NCBI GenBank assembly: GCA_030141605.1
Contig: JAQGDQ010000228.1
Coordinates: 62,001-126,000, forward strand
DNA: 64,000 nt
Reading direction: 5' to 3'
Source: Tubiluchus corallicola
Lineage: Eukaryota; Animalia; Priapulida
The stretch's first letter is position 1, and each line of letters begins with the position of its first letter. Positions 1-64,000 of the stretch are shown here, one piece after another. The position numbers and the translations under genes are program-made. The notes beneath the pieces were generated by a model that ran no database searches, was not told the DNA's origin, and saw only the letters and a list, made by a program, of their open reading frames with translations.

Positions 1-390
1 AGCGAGCATTCATATTCGATTTAAGTGCATTTTTTTTAGTTCTAATTCGATTTGAACCTAAAACAATAGATTCAAGTAATTAACCAGCTCAAACACATAT
101 GTTCTTTATCACTACAACGTTTGAAACATTGTGCAATCAGCTGCTTATCAATCAGCACAGTTTAGCTGCAATTTCTGTGCATAATCTTTAAGCAAATTAT
201 TAGTGGTTTTACTGCACAACAAAATGGAGTAATATGCATGATCTTTTTAAGACCGGTTTTTGCCGGTGGTTCGAAAACTTGTTCGAAAATCTTTCGAATT
301 CCAATCGTTCGAATTCCAATTACTGAAGTTTGGTTCAATTCGAATTCGAAAGTCACAAATTTGCTTTCTGATAGAGAATTCCCACCCCTA
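1..390. mobile_element. Probable right part of a hAT-like MITE, truncated by the window edge
   Basis: Clustered TTCGAA/ATTCGA subterminal-type motifs (about 14-56 and 270-350), ending in cccaccccta (381-390), the reverse complement of a TAGGG-type terminus. The left end is not visible. Confidence 0.4.
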
Positions 391-602
391 CATTGCAGTT
401 TCTAAAAAAAATTGATGCTGGTTTAAATCTAAAAATTTGTACCTAAATTCTTATTTTGAAAGTAAACACTGAAAGTCAAAAATAAAAAACAACTTAGACT
501 TTAGCTACGTAAATGAAATGCAAATAAAAGTACTGAGCTGTCTTGACGATGAGATTGTATTGGTTGAACGTCATTGATGAAATTTAACTTTTCAAATAAC
601 AG

Positions 603-64000
<63,398 letters not shown>

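Overview
AT-rich eukaryotic (invertebrate-like metazoan) genomic DNA. The whole window is the interior of one very large + strand, intron-rich gene. I traced 65 GT-AG exons by hand from 603 to 64000. They splice in compatible phase with no in-frame stop: 11,609 nt, about 3,870 aa, with both the start and stop codons outside the window. Predicted architecture: at least 3 pentraxin-like/LamG-like jellyroll domains, short linker exons, LamG, a (VTRPP)n Pro/Thr linker, LamG, EGF, 8 tandem neurexin-type LamG (LNS) domains (one with an RRQKR furin-type loop), one transmembrane helix, a juxtamembrane Cys cluster, about 800 aa of Gly/Ser/Tyr/Arg/Gln-rich low-complexity cytoplasmic sequence, and a C-terminal WD40 beta-propeller of about 8 repeats. 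I do not recognise this neurexin-like ectodomain plus cytoplasmic WD40 combination from any named gene, and it is the main candidate novelty. Introns hold several MITEs (hAT-type with 8-bp TSDs, pogo/Tc1-type with TA TSD), decayed LINE/SINE pieces, and 31-, 63- and 21-bp minisatellites plus microsatellites. No rRNA, tRNA or CRISPR is supported. Exon boundaries are manual predictions without transcript support.
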